Shown here: positions 44,598-55,356 of the stretch, piece by piece
Layout: every line of letters begins with the position of its first letter
Numbering within the stretch: position 1 is the first letter of the stretch
Assembly: GCA_964016885.1 (NCBI GenBank)
Contig: OZ024749.1
Location: 51,088,001-51,152,000 of the forward strand
DNA: 64,000 nt
Reading direction: 5' to 3'
Origin: Eledone cirrhosa
Taxonomy: Eukaryota
Position numbers and translations under genes: made by a program
Notes under the pieces: model-generated
Databases searched by the model: none
Seen by the model: the letters and a program-made list of their open reading frames with translations, nothing else
What the model was told of the DNA's origin: nothing

Positions 44598-45670
44598 TAA
44601 TTGTTTCTACTTTTGGCACAAGGCCAGCAATGACCCAGTACATTACTGGTACTTTATTTTATCGACCCCCGTAAGGATGAAAGGCAAAGTTAACCTGGGC
44701 GGGATTTGAACTCAGATCATAAAGGGACGTAACTCTTTGCGTCAAAGCATGGCGTCCGACACTCTACTGATACTGCCAATCCACCGTGTGGTTGTTTGTA
44801 TATGTATAAGTGTAATAATGTATAAATGTATGTATCTGTATAATATTGCTGTTATAATGCTGTGTGGCTGTGGATGTATGTATACTTGTAGCTGTCTATG
44901 TATGTATACATGTAATAGTATGTATGTATAAGTGTAATAATGCTGTTATGCAGTGTGGATGTGTATGTATGTATACATGTAGCTGTCTATGTATGTATAC
45001 ATGTAATAGTATGTATGTATAAGTGTAATAATGTTGTTATGCAGTGTGGATGTGGATGTATGTATACATGTAGCTGTCTATGTATGTATACATGTAATAG
45101 TATGTATGTATAAGTGTAATAATGTTGTTATGCAGTGTGGATGTGTATGTATGTATACATGTAGCTGTCTATGTATGTATACATGTAATAGTATGTATGT
45201 ATAAGTGTAATAATGTTGTTATGTAGTGTGGATGTGTATGTATGTATAGATGTAATAGTATGTATATATAAGTGTAATATTTGTAATAATTGTTTCTACT
45301 ATTGGCACAAGGCCAGAAATTTCTCAGTACATTACTGGTACTTTATTTTATCGATCCCGTAAGGATGAAAGGCAAAGTAAACCTCGGCGGGATTTGAACA
45401 CAGAATGGCAAGGGCCGTAACTCTATGCGTCAAAGCATCGCGTCCGAACCTCTACCGATACTGCCAATCCACAATTTGTAATAATGCTGTGTGGTTGTGT
45501 ATGTATGTATAAGTGTGGCTGTCTATGTATGTATAAGTGTAGTAATGTTGTAATAATTGTTTCTACTTTTGGCACAAGGCCAGCAAATACCCAGTGTATT
45601 ACTGGTACTTTATTTTATCGACCCCGTAAGGATGAAAGGCAAAGTTAACTTCGACGGGATTTGAACTCAG
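44598..45670 (-). mobile_element. three SINE family A copies (44598-44785, 45287-45472, 45554-45670) separated by a ~90-bp minisatellite
   Basis: Family consensus. The spacer unit aagtgtaataatgttgttatgcagtgtggatg... recurs about 4 times between 44830 and 45280. Confidence 0.8.
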
Positions 45671-46733
45671 TAATAATGTTGTGTGGTTGTGTGTGTATAT
45701 GTGTAATAATGTATATGTGTAATAATGAATATGTGTAATAATGTATATGTGTTATAATATATATGTGTAATAATGTGTATTAAACTGTAATAATGTGTAT
45801 TAAATAATGTGTAATAATGTGTAATAATGTTTAATAATGTATATGTGTTATAATATATATGTGTTATAATATATATGTGTTATAATGTGTAATAATGTTA
45901 AATAATGTGTAATAATGTGTGATAATGTGGTTTGCTAGTGTACACGTGTAATAATACAATAGAGCCGTGTATCTCGGAGCGATTCCAATATTTTCATGCT
46001 TCGGGAAAATGTTAGTCCGCCAATGTGGTTTTCACATGGAGATAGGAAGATTGCCAGGCTCTTGTATTTGTTATTGTTGTCGTTGTTGTTGTAGTAATTG
46101 TTAATATAACTGCTGCTGCTCTTGCTGATGTTGTTGTTGTTGTTGTTGTGGTAGTGGTTGTAGTGGTGGTGGTGGTGGTGGTGGTGGTGGTGTCTATGTT
46201 TATTCTTCGCGTTTGTTCTCCAAGATTTGACGAAGTCTGTAGTGGAAGAGTGCCACTTCTTCACACACACAGACATAACAGACCACCCCCTTCTCACTAA
46301 CAGCACCAATAACACAACAGCCAGCCATACCACCATACCACCATACCACTATACCACTACACCACCACAAACAGTACCACCATACCACCATACCACCATA
46401 CCACCATACCACACACCACTACACCATAATTAACACAACCAACACGTTACACAACAACATATCCTTCCTTCTTTGAAGGCGGTAAGTGTGTGATATGAAA
46501 TAAATTTGCCTGATATTCCTAGTTGGAACCCCAAGTCTTCGCGATCGTATTCTTTCGGTCATTCCGAAGGGTCTTTGGGAATCATGTTACTCAATAGAAG
46601 GTATAGCTCGGAGATCAGAGAGTCGCTCCAGGTAAAGCCAATACTTTTCCGAATTGTGAGATCACAGCTCATATACTGTGTCCTGTGTCTCTGCCTACGT
46701 GTGTGGTGTGTGTGCGTGTATGTGTGTATGTGT

Positions 46734-46770
<37 letters not shown>

Positions 46771-46840
46771 CATGGGTGTGTATATGAGTACGCATGTAGA
46801 TTGGTACATACATACAATTATATATATATATGTGTGTGTG

Positions 46841-47021
<181 letters not shown>

Positions 47022-47121
47022 GTGGAACACTGGAAGGTAATATCCGTAGTGGTAGAGCACTCAGTCCCAGTCCAAGGGACGAGTTAGGTAGAAGTGGTTA
47101 TACAACAGTTAGTTCACTATA

Positions 47122-47161
47122 CCAAGGACAAATGTTTCACCTTAGCGGATCTTCAGCTCGG
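47122..47161 (-). ncRNA. minimal type I hammerhead ribozyme
   Basis: ccgag-CTGAAGA-tcc(gctaa)ggt-GAAAC-attt-GTC^cttgg; GUC triplet, 5-bp helix I with one GU pair. Confidence 0.75.
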
Positions 47162-47164
47162 ATT

Positions 47165-47204
47165 CCGAGCTGAAGATCCGCTAAGGTGAAACAATTGTTC
47201 TCGG
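47165..47204 (+). ncRNA. minimal type I hammerhead ribozyme
   Basis: ccgag-CTGAAGA-tcc(gctaa)ggt-GAAAC-aatt-GTT^ctcgg; perfect helix I, palindromic acaattgt. Confidence 0.75.
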
Positions 47205-47282
47205 TATGGTGAACTAACTGTTGTGTAACCACTTTTATATATATATATTGATAGAGCTAGAAAGACAGACACACAGAGATAA

Positions 47283-47366
<84 letters not shown>

Positions 47367-47674
47367 AGCTAACTATCCATTGCCAGAGCAACCGATGAGA
47401 ACAACGTGACAATGTCGAAGTCATTCGATCTTAAATGTAAGTCTGCCGTTAGCAGTGATGTTAAAACATTAAACGTGGTGTGCTTCTTTAGACGCCCTAC
47501 TTTCACTTTCAGTTTAACTTTTACTTTCACATCCACTCAGCCATCAGTGGCCACTAAACATTTCTTTTGATTTCATACACTAATTTCCTGCCTTCACTCC
47601 AATCGAAATGTAAAGATCAAAGGAATAAATCACAATGAAGATTACTGTCGACACCTTCACCGTCACTGTCACTA

Positions 47675-47723
47675 TGGTGGTGGTGGTGGTGGTGGTGGTG
47701 GTGGTGGTTGTGGTGGTGGTGGT

Positions 47724-47782
<59 letters not shown>

Positions 47783-47789
47783 CCGTCGC

Positions 47790-47839
<50 letters not shown>

Positions 47840-47849
47840 TCGTCGTCGC

Positions 47850-47881
<32 letters not shown>

Positions 47882-47918
47882 TCGTCGTCGCCGTCGTCGT
47901 CGTCGCCGTCGTCGCCGT

Positions 47919-47959
<41 letters not shown>

Positions 47960-47960
47960 T
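47675..47960. repeat. (GGT)n then (GTC/GCC)n CpG-rich trinucleotide tract
   Basis: Direct reading. Confidence 0.95.
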
Positions 47961-47987
47961 ATCTCTTATGACAATGTTGTTAATAAT

Positions 47988-48360
47988 TAATTGTTTCTAC
48001 TTTTGGCACAAGGCCAGCAATTACCCCAGTGCATTACTGGTACTTTATTTTATCGACCGCGTAAAGATGAAAGGCAAAGTTAACGTCAGGGGTATTTGAA
48101 CTCAGAACGCAAAGGGCCATAACTCTATGCTGCAAAACATGGTGTCTGACACTCTACTGATACTGCCAATTTCCCCCTAATAATAATGATTTCTACTATA
48201 GGCACAAGGCCAGCAAATTTTTTTTTGGGGGGGACGACCCCGTAAGGATGAAAGGAAAAGATAACCTTGGCGGGATTTGAACTCAGAATGGCAAGGGCAG
48301 TAACTCTATGCGTCAAAGCATGGCGTCCGACCCTCTACCAATACTGCCAATCCACCGCCC
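47988..48360 (-). mobile_element. two head-to-tail SINE family A copies
   Basis: 47988-48178 and 48186-48360, joined by a short (AAT)n. Confidence 0.85.
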
Positions 48361-48365
48361 TCAAC

Positions 48366-48415
<50 letters not shown>

Positions 48416-48675
48416 TTTCTTTATTAACCACAAGGGTTTACATAAAGTAGACATTAAGGACAGTGCAGGACAATGCAGGACGGTACAAATGGGCATTTCT
48501 GCGTGTAAAAAAACAAAAACAGAGGATGTAACAAAAATAACAATGAAAATAACAATGAAAAATTCCCCAATAGGGGGGAGACTTCGGAGGGACATTTGTG
48601 GAGAAAGCCCAGTAAAAAGCCACAATGACCCTGACCACCAAGGCAAGTGCCCTCTCCCAGTTTTCCACCTTTAGT

Positions 48676-51600
48676 TTACAGATATATACTCAGAGTCGGC
48701 CCATTCACTCGGGCCATTCTTGCTTCTCTCACCCATCTTTCAACAAAATGCTGGGAAGAGAGCACTTCCCTCTCTACTCTGATTTTCCTTTTCAAATGAA
48801 ATTTGAAAAAGTCAATCAGAGCATCACCGAAGAGGTAAGTGCTCGTCTTCAGCCCTTTCAAACGTGTCCACCATACTATCTCTTTCGCCATGGCCACCAG
48901 ACAGATAAAAACTGCCTGCCCTTCCCGGCTAAAGGAGGAGGGCGGGGCAATCCTCACGATGGACTCAGATGATAGCTGGATCCGTCCTAAACGCGACAGC
49001 AGGTGTTCGACATAAACCCACAAGTCAGCAATTTTCGGACACTGGACGAGTGCGTGCAGGACGGTTTCGTCGCCCTGCGCGCATCTCGGACATGCCCGGC
49101 TGACGGCACCTCCATGCCTGTAGAGTTTATCCCGAACTGGCAAGGCTCCTCGGTAGCACTGCCAGGCCAGAGATTTCTGGAAGTTGTCCATAGGCCCTGG
49201 CCCGAAAGTTCTTCCGAAGAGATTGGCTAGTTGATTTTCGTCGACGCCTAGAGTTTCCCCAAGTACGTCGTCGCTCTTCCCCTCCACTAATCCTCTATAG
49301 AACGCCGAGGTGGAGTTTCCACCGATCACATTGCCCGATTGGTCGAGGGCTGTGAGCGCCTGAAGACATTCCAGTCTCCAGGCGCTCCCTCTCGGTCTTC
49401 GCTTGACCCAGGACTGCAGCTCCGTCAAGGAAACGAGCTGGGGAAAAACGCGTCTAGCAAACGGCGACCACACCTGATCACCGTCGAGGAAGAGGTGGAG
49501 ATGTCGTAGCCTGAGCGCGTGCCTGCGCATCATCAGCCACGGCATGCCCAGCCCTCCACGTAGCGGGTGTTGACAACAGATGGACCGCCTGACCATCGGA
49601 GCACGTCCCTTCCACAAAAAGCGAAAGAGCAAACGCTCCAGCGCAGTCAGGCGAGGCTTAGGACAAGGTACGACGGTTAGGCGGTAGCAGATGACAGACG
49701 CGATGTACGCGTTAGCCACCTCCGCTCGACCTTTCAGGGATAGCTTCCTCTCCGCCCATTTCTGGGTGAGAGAAGCCACCCTGCTCGTCACCTCGTCCCA
49801 GTTTTTGTCCGTCTGGAGGTCCGGACCGAACCAGACCCCTAGCAATTTAACCGGTCCGTCCGTCCAGCGCCCGACGACGCTGTTGGACGGCATGGACCTG
49901 CCTCTCCAGGTGCCGAGCTGCAGGCCCACTGACTTTTCCTGGTTGATCATTGCTCCTGTCACCGCTTCGTATTCTCTTAGTGTAGTGCCGATCGCCTCGA
50001 TGTGTTTGGCGTTCGACACCACTACGGTGACATCGTCCGCATATGCTGACACGGATCTTCCGCATCCTAGTTCGCGCGGGACTCCCCTCAACGTCTCCAG
50101 TTTGTGCAGTAATGGCTCGAGAGTCAATACGTACAAGAGGGACGAGAGGGGACATCCTTGGCGGACCGAGCGCATGATGTTGAACGGTTCCGACAGGTGA
50201 CCGTTCACTCTCACCACAGAGCAGATGTCGCTGTGCATGGCAGCGATCCAGCCTCTGAAGACGGGCCCAAAGCCAGCCGCCCTCAGGACTGCCGCTAGGT
50301 AACGATGGTCGACCCTATCGAAAGCTTTCGACTGATCTAAATTGATCAAGGACCCACCCGTGCCAGGTTCCCTAGCTACCCTCTCTACGATGTATCGCAT
50401 GAGGTGGAGGTTGTCGTGGATGGATCTGTCGGGAATGGCGCATGTCTGCGCCTCTCCCACCAGACCACCAACGACAAGCGCCAACCTCTTTGCTAGCACC
50501 TTGGCCAAAATCTTAAACTCTGTGTTTAGCAGAGTTATGGGCCGGAAATTGTCTATGTTATCCCCCTTGTTCGGATCCTTTCTCAGCAGTGCCACCGCTC
50601 CTCGGCTCACAGAACTGGGAATTCTCCCGTTCTGTTGCCAGTTGCAGTAGACGTCCGCCAAGAGGCCTCCGAACAAGTCTGGCATCTGTACGTAAAGTTC
50701 ATAGGGCAGACCATCCAAACCAGGCGATTTACCCCTTGTGCAGCCAGTCATTGCCTCCCTTACTTCAGCGGCTGTTATCGGCTTTTCGCAACACTTCGCC
50801 TCAGTGGCCGAGAGCCGCGGCAGTCCGTCGAGGTAGACACTAAAGTCCATCCCTCTACCCGGCCCCCCGCTGCCCCCGAACAGCTGAGCGAAGTGTCGCT
50901 GAAAAGCTTCACACATTTGCCCGGGATCGAGTAGCATGCGCCCGTCGTGGTCCACCAAAGACCGGATCGTGGCTTTGTTGCCACGACGCGCCTCCGCCAC
51001 TCGGGCCCATTGAACGGCTTTCGTCCCCTCGTGTCTGAGAGCACGCACCCTAGCTCTGACAACGCAGCCTTCGTGCTTTGCATTGAAGAATTGGTCAAGG
51101 GCCAATTTCGCCGCAAGCACGTCGGTCGCAATGCCTTTGCTAAGCGCCTCGTCTAATTTTCTAACTAGTTCTCCCTCTGCTCTATTTTTCTCTATTGCTA
51201 AAGCCTTACTAAACCTAATCGATTCTATTCTAATCGCTCTTTTCAGAGCAAACCACCACTTGTTGTTGACGATGGCCCCCGTCAACGCCCGCTTAACTAG
51301 TTCGCTAATCCGGTCTCTGTAGGCCTTGCGCGCTGGTAAGGACGCGTTTAGCTTCCAGTAGCCGGGTCCTCGTCTATGAAGCCTATCTAAGTCAAGCACA
51401 CAGATCACGAATTTGTGGTCCGTGTAGCTGACTATCTTGAATTGTGGACAGCCTATGCTAGACCTATCTATTTCCCTACAAAATACTCTATCTAGATATG
51501 ATCTGGATGACCCTATGCGGTTTGTCCAAGTCCACATTGGCACATTCGGGAAATCCAATCGGTACCTGTCAGACAGTTCAAAACGCCTGAGCAGGTTGGT

Positions 51601-52095
51601 GAGGCTCTTGCACCCTCCACCCCTATCCGCTAATCCCACACAGTCCCAGCGTGCATCTAAGATCCCGTTCCAGTCGCCCACTAACACTAAAGAGCGCGAC
51701 GTTCCAAGAAAGGTCTCCAGACGCCGGAAGAAATCAGGCCGCCCTGCTCCTGTCGGGGCATAGACGGCCACTAGCCTGAAAGCTTGCCCGTCTCCGCTGG
51801 TCACGTCCAGCACCACCAGCTTACCCTCTGGGTCCAGGAAGATGGCCCGTATGGCGAGATCCAAACCTCTCCGAAAAAGCACAGCAACTCCTCCACCCGA
51901 TCCAGGACGGCTGGGAGATGCGTACACATCGTAGCCGCCGAAGATCGGTGCGAAGGCCCGTGCTTCGGAGATTCTGGTCTCGCTGATGGCCACTACATCT
52001 ATGTTTAGTGACCTGAGGTCGTTGAGCAGGTGACCCTGCTTCCATGACGACCCCAAGCCACGCGCATTTATGCTGCCTATTCTGAGTGAGGTCAT
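48676..52095 (-). CDS. LINE ORF2: APE endonuclease - reverse transcriptase - CCHC zinc finger (Tx1-like), 1139 aa
   Basis: APE motifs SINARGL, ISETR, VYAP, GDWN, LDRVF, TDH. RT motifs SPGLDG, FRPITLLN, DQSKAFDRV, RQGCPLS, AYADD. C-terminal CPRC..ETVLHALVQC. No stops. Confidence 0.97.
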   Translation of the reverse strand: MTSLRIGSINARGLGSSWKQGHLLNDLRSLNIDVVAISETRISEARAFAPIFGGYDVYASPSRPGSGGGVAVLFRRGLDLAIRAIFLDPEGKLVVLDVTSGDGQAFRLVAVYAPTGAGRPDFFRRLETFLGTSRSLVLVGDWNGILDARWDCVGLADRGGGCKSLTNLLRRFELSDRYRLDFPNVPMWTWTNRIGSSRSYLDRVFCREIDRSSIGCPQFKIVSYTDHKFVICVLDLDRLHRRGPGYWKLNASLPARKAYRDRISELVKRALTGAIVNNKWWFALKRAIRIESIRFSKALAIEKNRAEGELVRKLDEALSKGIATDVLAAKLALDQFFNAKHEGCVVRARVRALRHEGTKAVQWARVAEARRGNKATIRSLVDHDGRMLLDPGQMCEAFQRHFAQLFGGSGGPGRGMDFSVYLDGLPRLSATEAKCCEKPITAAEVREAMTGCTRGKSPGLDGLPYELYVQMPDLFGGLLADVYCNWQQNGRIPSSVSRGAVALLRKDPNKGDNIDNFRPITLLNTEFKILAKVLAKRLALVVGGLVGEAQTCAIPDRSIHDNLHLMRYIVERVAREPGTGGSLINLDQSKAFDRVDHRYLAAVLRAAGFGPVFRGWIAAMHSDICSVVRVNGHLSEPFNIMRSVRQGCPLSSLLYVLTLEPLLHKLETLRGVPRELGCGRSVSAYADDVTVVVSNAKHIEAIGTTLREYEAVTGAMINQEKSVGLQLGTWRGRSMPSNSVVGRWTDGPVKLLGVWFGPDLQTDKNWDEVTSRVASLTQKWAERKLSLKGRAEVANAYIASVICYRLTVVPCPKPRLTALERLLFRFLWKGRAPMVRRSICCQHPLRGGLGMPWLMMRRHALRLRHLHLFLDGDQVWSPFARRVFPQLVSLTELQSWVKRRPRGSAWRLECLQALTALDQSGNVIGGNSTSAFYRGLVEGKSDDVLGETLGVDENQLANLFGRTFGPGPMDNFQKSLAWQCYRGALPVRDKLYRHGGAVSRACPRCAQGDETVLHALVQCPKIADLWVYVEHLLSRLGRIQLSSESIVRIAPPSSFSREGQAVFICLVAMAKEIVWWTRLKGLKTSTYLFGDALIDFFKFHLKRKIRVEREVLSSQHFVERWVREARMARVNGPTLSIYL

Positions 52096-52130
52096 GTTTA
52101 AAATAGAGTGGAAAAGATGGGAAAGACCAC

Positions 52131-54230
52131 TTACCGTATTTTTGGTAGAGGAGGGATGGTTTTTACATCCCTTTTCACTTGATCGTCTGGTGAAGGGACC
52201 GTTGAATCGTCCCTTCGGCTGGTCGTCGGCTCTTCTAAGAGAATGTCTGAATATACTCTTCGATTAATGGTTCCTCCTAGGTCCCTGAAATCACCAACTG
52301 CGTTGGGGAATTTCGTTTTAATGTTTGTGTATTGTTTCTGTGCTATTTTTAGCAGTCTTATGTTAGTTGGCGTTTTGATTGGTGCTGGTATTATGTAGTC
52401 CTGTTGTGAAATGTCTGTGTGTTCAATTATGTAAGTCATTAGTTTCTTGTTGTGTGTGTTTATTGCCGTGCATTTGTTTTTCTGGGGGTGGGGTGTGGTT
52501 CTGCTATTTTCTTGTCGTTGTTGCTGGGTGTGTGTGTTTTGTTGTTGTGTTTGCGATGTTGGTGCTTGTGGTGGTGGTGTTGAAGGTGTTGTTGGCGGTG
52601 GGGTTGTCGCCGGTGGTGATGGTGGTGCTGGTGTGGGTGGTGATGGTGTTGGTGGTGTTGCTGCTGTGGGTCTCTTTGCAGTAGACTTTACCCTTTTCTC
52701 ATTTCTTTCCTCCCTTTTCAAAGGCGACGATGCGCTGCTTCTGCGTTTGTGCCTTCTTGAGACCTTTTGCCATCCCTCTCCCACCTCACACTCCATGTCT
52801 GATTCTGTAAGGTCGGGGAGGGGTACCAGCTCCACTCTTTCACTTGTTGTTGTTGGTGATGTTTGCACTGGAGTCTCTGTTGCAGCTGCATTTGGTATTG
52901 CTGTTGTTGTTGTTAATATTTCCACTGCTGCTGCTGTCTTTGATTTCCGTGGAGTGGGTATGGGTGCCACGGACCTATCGTTCCTGGTTGCCGCTTGTCC
53001 TGTTGCTGGTAGCCGTGGAACCGGATTCGGGAGGAGGGGGGTTTTCTCCTTTCTCAGGGTCTTCTCGTTGCAGAAGGCCCTGAGGTGAGTCTTCGATCCA
53101 CAGCGAAAGCATTTCGGGCGTTTGCCCTCAACACTTATGGGCAGTTGAGTGCCGTTATCGAAGTCTATCACATCCGGGATAGCTTCGATGCACTCCTGGT
53201 TGGTTTGGATTAGCATCTCAATGGAGGAGCCGACCCAATCTTCTCTTACTTTTTTCTGTACTTGCAGTACAGTTGTTTTGTCCTCGATTCCGACGAGGAC
53301 AGACGCGGCCAGCCAAGAAGGGGTCATTCCGGGGGGGACGTGGGTCAGTTTGACCCTCACAATTTTTTGCCCGCAGTAGGAGGGCACCAACACCATTTCC
53401 TCGCTCCTTAGGGTCACTACTGATTGGGCCTTTGCCTCCTGGGGTGTGGCAAAAAGTACGTCTACGGTGGCGTATTTTTTGCCTCGGGTGATGTGCGTTT
53501 TCCTCTGCCACACAGACCCCAAGGCTTTTTGTATTTGGGCCTCTGTGGCTCTTTCCACCCTACGGGATTTTGTACTTACTGTACGGTACGTGACCGTACA
53601 GTGCTCTTGGGTTTCGAAAAAATTTTTCGCTGCCTTGCAGATTGCTCGGTGTCCGTTCTTTGTCACCATCTTCTTCGCTTCCTCTAATTCCTCATTTGTT
53701 ATGAGGATTGTTTCCAGGTTTTTCGCAATACCTGCAAATGAGATTGGTTTTTCTCTGCTGTTGTTGTTGTCGTCAGAGCTGCTGGTACTTTTGTTGTTGC
53801 TGCAGGTACTACGACTACTGCCTCCGCCGCTGTTGCTGTGGTTGTTGTTGGTGTTGCTGCTGCTAATGCTGTTGTTGTTTATGCTGCTGGTGATGCTGTT
53901 GCGGCTGCTACTGTTGTTTTCATTGTCACTGTTGCTGTTGTTATTACGGCTGCTACTGCTATTATTCCTGACGTCAGACGAATGAACTGGGTTTTCGTAT
54001 TTCCCGCACACCTGTTTCGTCGCTGTCGTCGTCGTCGTGGAGAAACCTTGCACGCTTTGCACGAGACTTTTCTTTTCTTTCGTCGCTTGCGAAAGAGAAG
54101 GTAGGGAGAGAGACACATTTAAAGAAGGGAGGGAGAGAGACAATCTTCTCTCTCCTGTAGTGATGATTGAGGAAGAAGAAGACGGAATGAGTGGGAGTGA
54201 CGTATGAAATTTTTTTTTTTTGGTAGCCAT
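52131..54230 (-). CDS. LINE ORF1 (gag-like nucleic-acid-binding protein), 699 aa from the first ATG
   Basis: Zinc knuckle CFRCGSKTHLRAFC, S/N-rich and P/T-rich low-complexity segments. Ends 35 nt before the ORF2 ATG. The track start at 54263 is TTG; the first ATG (MATKKKK) is at 54230. Confidence 0.9.
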   Translation of the reverse strand: MATKKKKFHTSLPLIPSSSSSIITTGERRLSLSLPSLNVSLSLPSLSQATKEKKSLVQSVQGFSTTTTTATKQVCGKYENPVHSSDVRNNSSSSRNNNSNSDNENNSSSRNSITSSINNNSISSSNTNNNHSNSGGGSSRSTCSNNKSTSSSDDNNNSREKPISFAGIAKNLETILITNEELEEAKKMVTKNGHRAICKAAKNFFETQEHCTVTYRTVSTKSRRVERATEAQIQKALGSVWQRKTHITRGKKYATVDVLFATPQEAKAQSVVTLRSEEMVLVPSYCGQKIVRVKLTHVPPGMTPSWLAASVLVGIEDKTTVLQVQKKVREDWVGSSIEMLIQTNQECIEAIPDVIDFDNGTQLPISVEGKRPKCFRCGSKTHLRAFCNEKTLRKEKTPLLPNPVPRLPATGQAATRNDRSVAPIPTPRKSKTAAAVEILTTTTAIPNAAATETPVQTSPTTTSERVELVPLPDLTESDMECEVGEGWQKVSRRHKRRSSASSPLKREERNEKRVKSTAKRPTAATPPTPSPPTPAPPSPPATTPPPTTPSTPPPQAPTSQTQQQNTHTQQQRQENSRTTPHPQKNKCTAINTHNKKLMTYIIEHTDISQQDYIIPAPIKTPTNIRLLKIAQKQYTNIKTKFPNAVGDFRDLGGTINRRVYSDILLEEPTTSRRDDSTVPSPDDQVKRDVKTIPPLPKIR

Positions 54231-55019
54231 GTTTTTTTGTTTAAAATGAAATTTTGGGTACAAAACCCCAATAACTGGCTATTTAACCCCGAAGGGCCAA
54301 ATAACGGACAGAAAGACCCCTCTCACGAGGAGGAGGGTGTCTTTATCAACAATTTGGTTCAAGTTTTAAACAATTTACAATTGTTTTAACGGTTAAAAAT
54401 TACTATACCTTACAGAGCCGAGCCTCCGTCAACCATGGCATTCAATAATAATAATAATAATGGCTTCTGATTTAGACACAAGGCCTACAAATAATAATAG
54501 GGGCTTCCAATATTGAGACAAGGCCAGCAATGTTGAGGGGTGGGAACATCCGATTATATCAACCCACAAGTTCTGGGTTTGTACATATTTGATCAAAGTC
54601 AAGCGGAGGAAAAGCAAAAATGAAACCCTGGTGGGGTTTGAACTCGGGACGTAAATATTCTTAACTAAATACGGAAATAAATCGCTGTTTGACACTTTTG
54701 ACTTTAGCACCATTGCAGACATTGTACGGATTCACAGGAGCAATTGATATTAAATTATGCATAGAAAAATCAGAGGTTGACTTTGCCTTTCATCCTTACG
54801 GGTCGATAAAATAAAGTACCAGTAATGCACTGGGTAATTGCTGGCCTTGTGCCAAAAGTAGAAACAATTAAATTATGCATAGAAAAATGCACCTAGGCAA
54901 CATTGAAGAGAGAAAAATTAATAAAAATCACTAATAACACTTTAGATAAAGAAAGATAAGATAATTAGACCGAAGGCAGCCCTACAAATAATTAGGATTT
55001 AATGAACTAGTCAGAGTCA

Positions 55020-55356
55020 TTGGTACTCCATCGGTTACGACGACGAGTGTTCCAGTTGATCCGATCAACGGAACGGCCTCCTGCATCTGTAATTAACGTA
55101 CAAGTGGCTGAGAATTGCACAAACACGCGTACCCTTAACGTAGTTCTCGGGGAGATTCAGCGTGACAGAGAATGTGACAAGGCTGACCCCTTCGAATTAC
55201 AGGTACAACTCATTTTTGGCAGCTAAGTGGACTGGAGCAACGTGATATATAGTGAATAAATTTTCTTGTTCAAGGGCCCAACGCATCACTGGGAATCGAA
55301 CTCGCGACCTTACGATTGTGTGCCGAATGAATGCCCTAACCACAAAGCCACATGCT
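55020..55356 (-). mobile_element. tRNA-derived SINE (family B head, different body)
   Basis: Minus strand tggctttgtggttagg / gagttcgattccc boxes, cttgaacaag...cacgttgctccagtccact core. Confidence 0.7.

Larger units (their letters stand above)
48414..54443 (-). mobile_element. full-length L1/Tx1-clade non-LTR retrotransposon in (AAT)n
   Basis: Two intact ORFs, ~210-nt 5' UTR, ~260-nt 3' UTR with AATAAA (48420-48425), (AAT)16 at 48366-48413 and (AAT)6 at 54444-54461. Confidence 0.93.

Noticed and set aside
49003-54118. Antisense and alternate-frame ORFs inside the LINE
   Set aside because: These are expected shadows of a GC-rich coding sequence.
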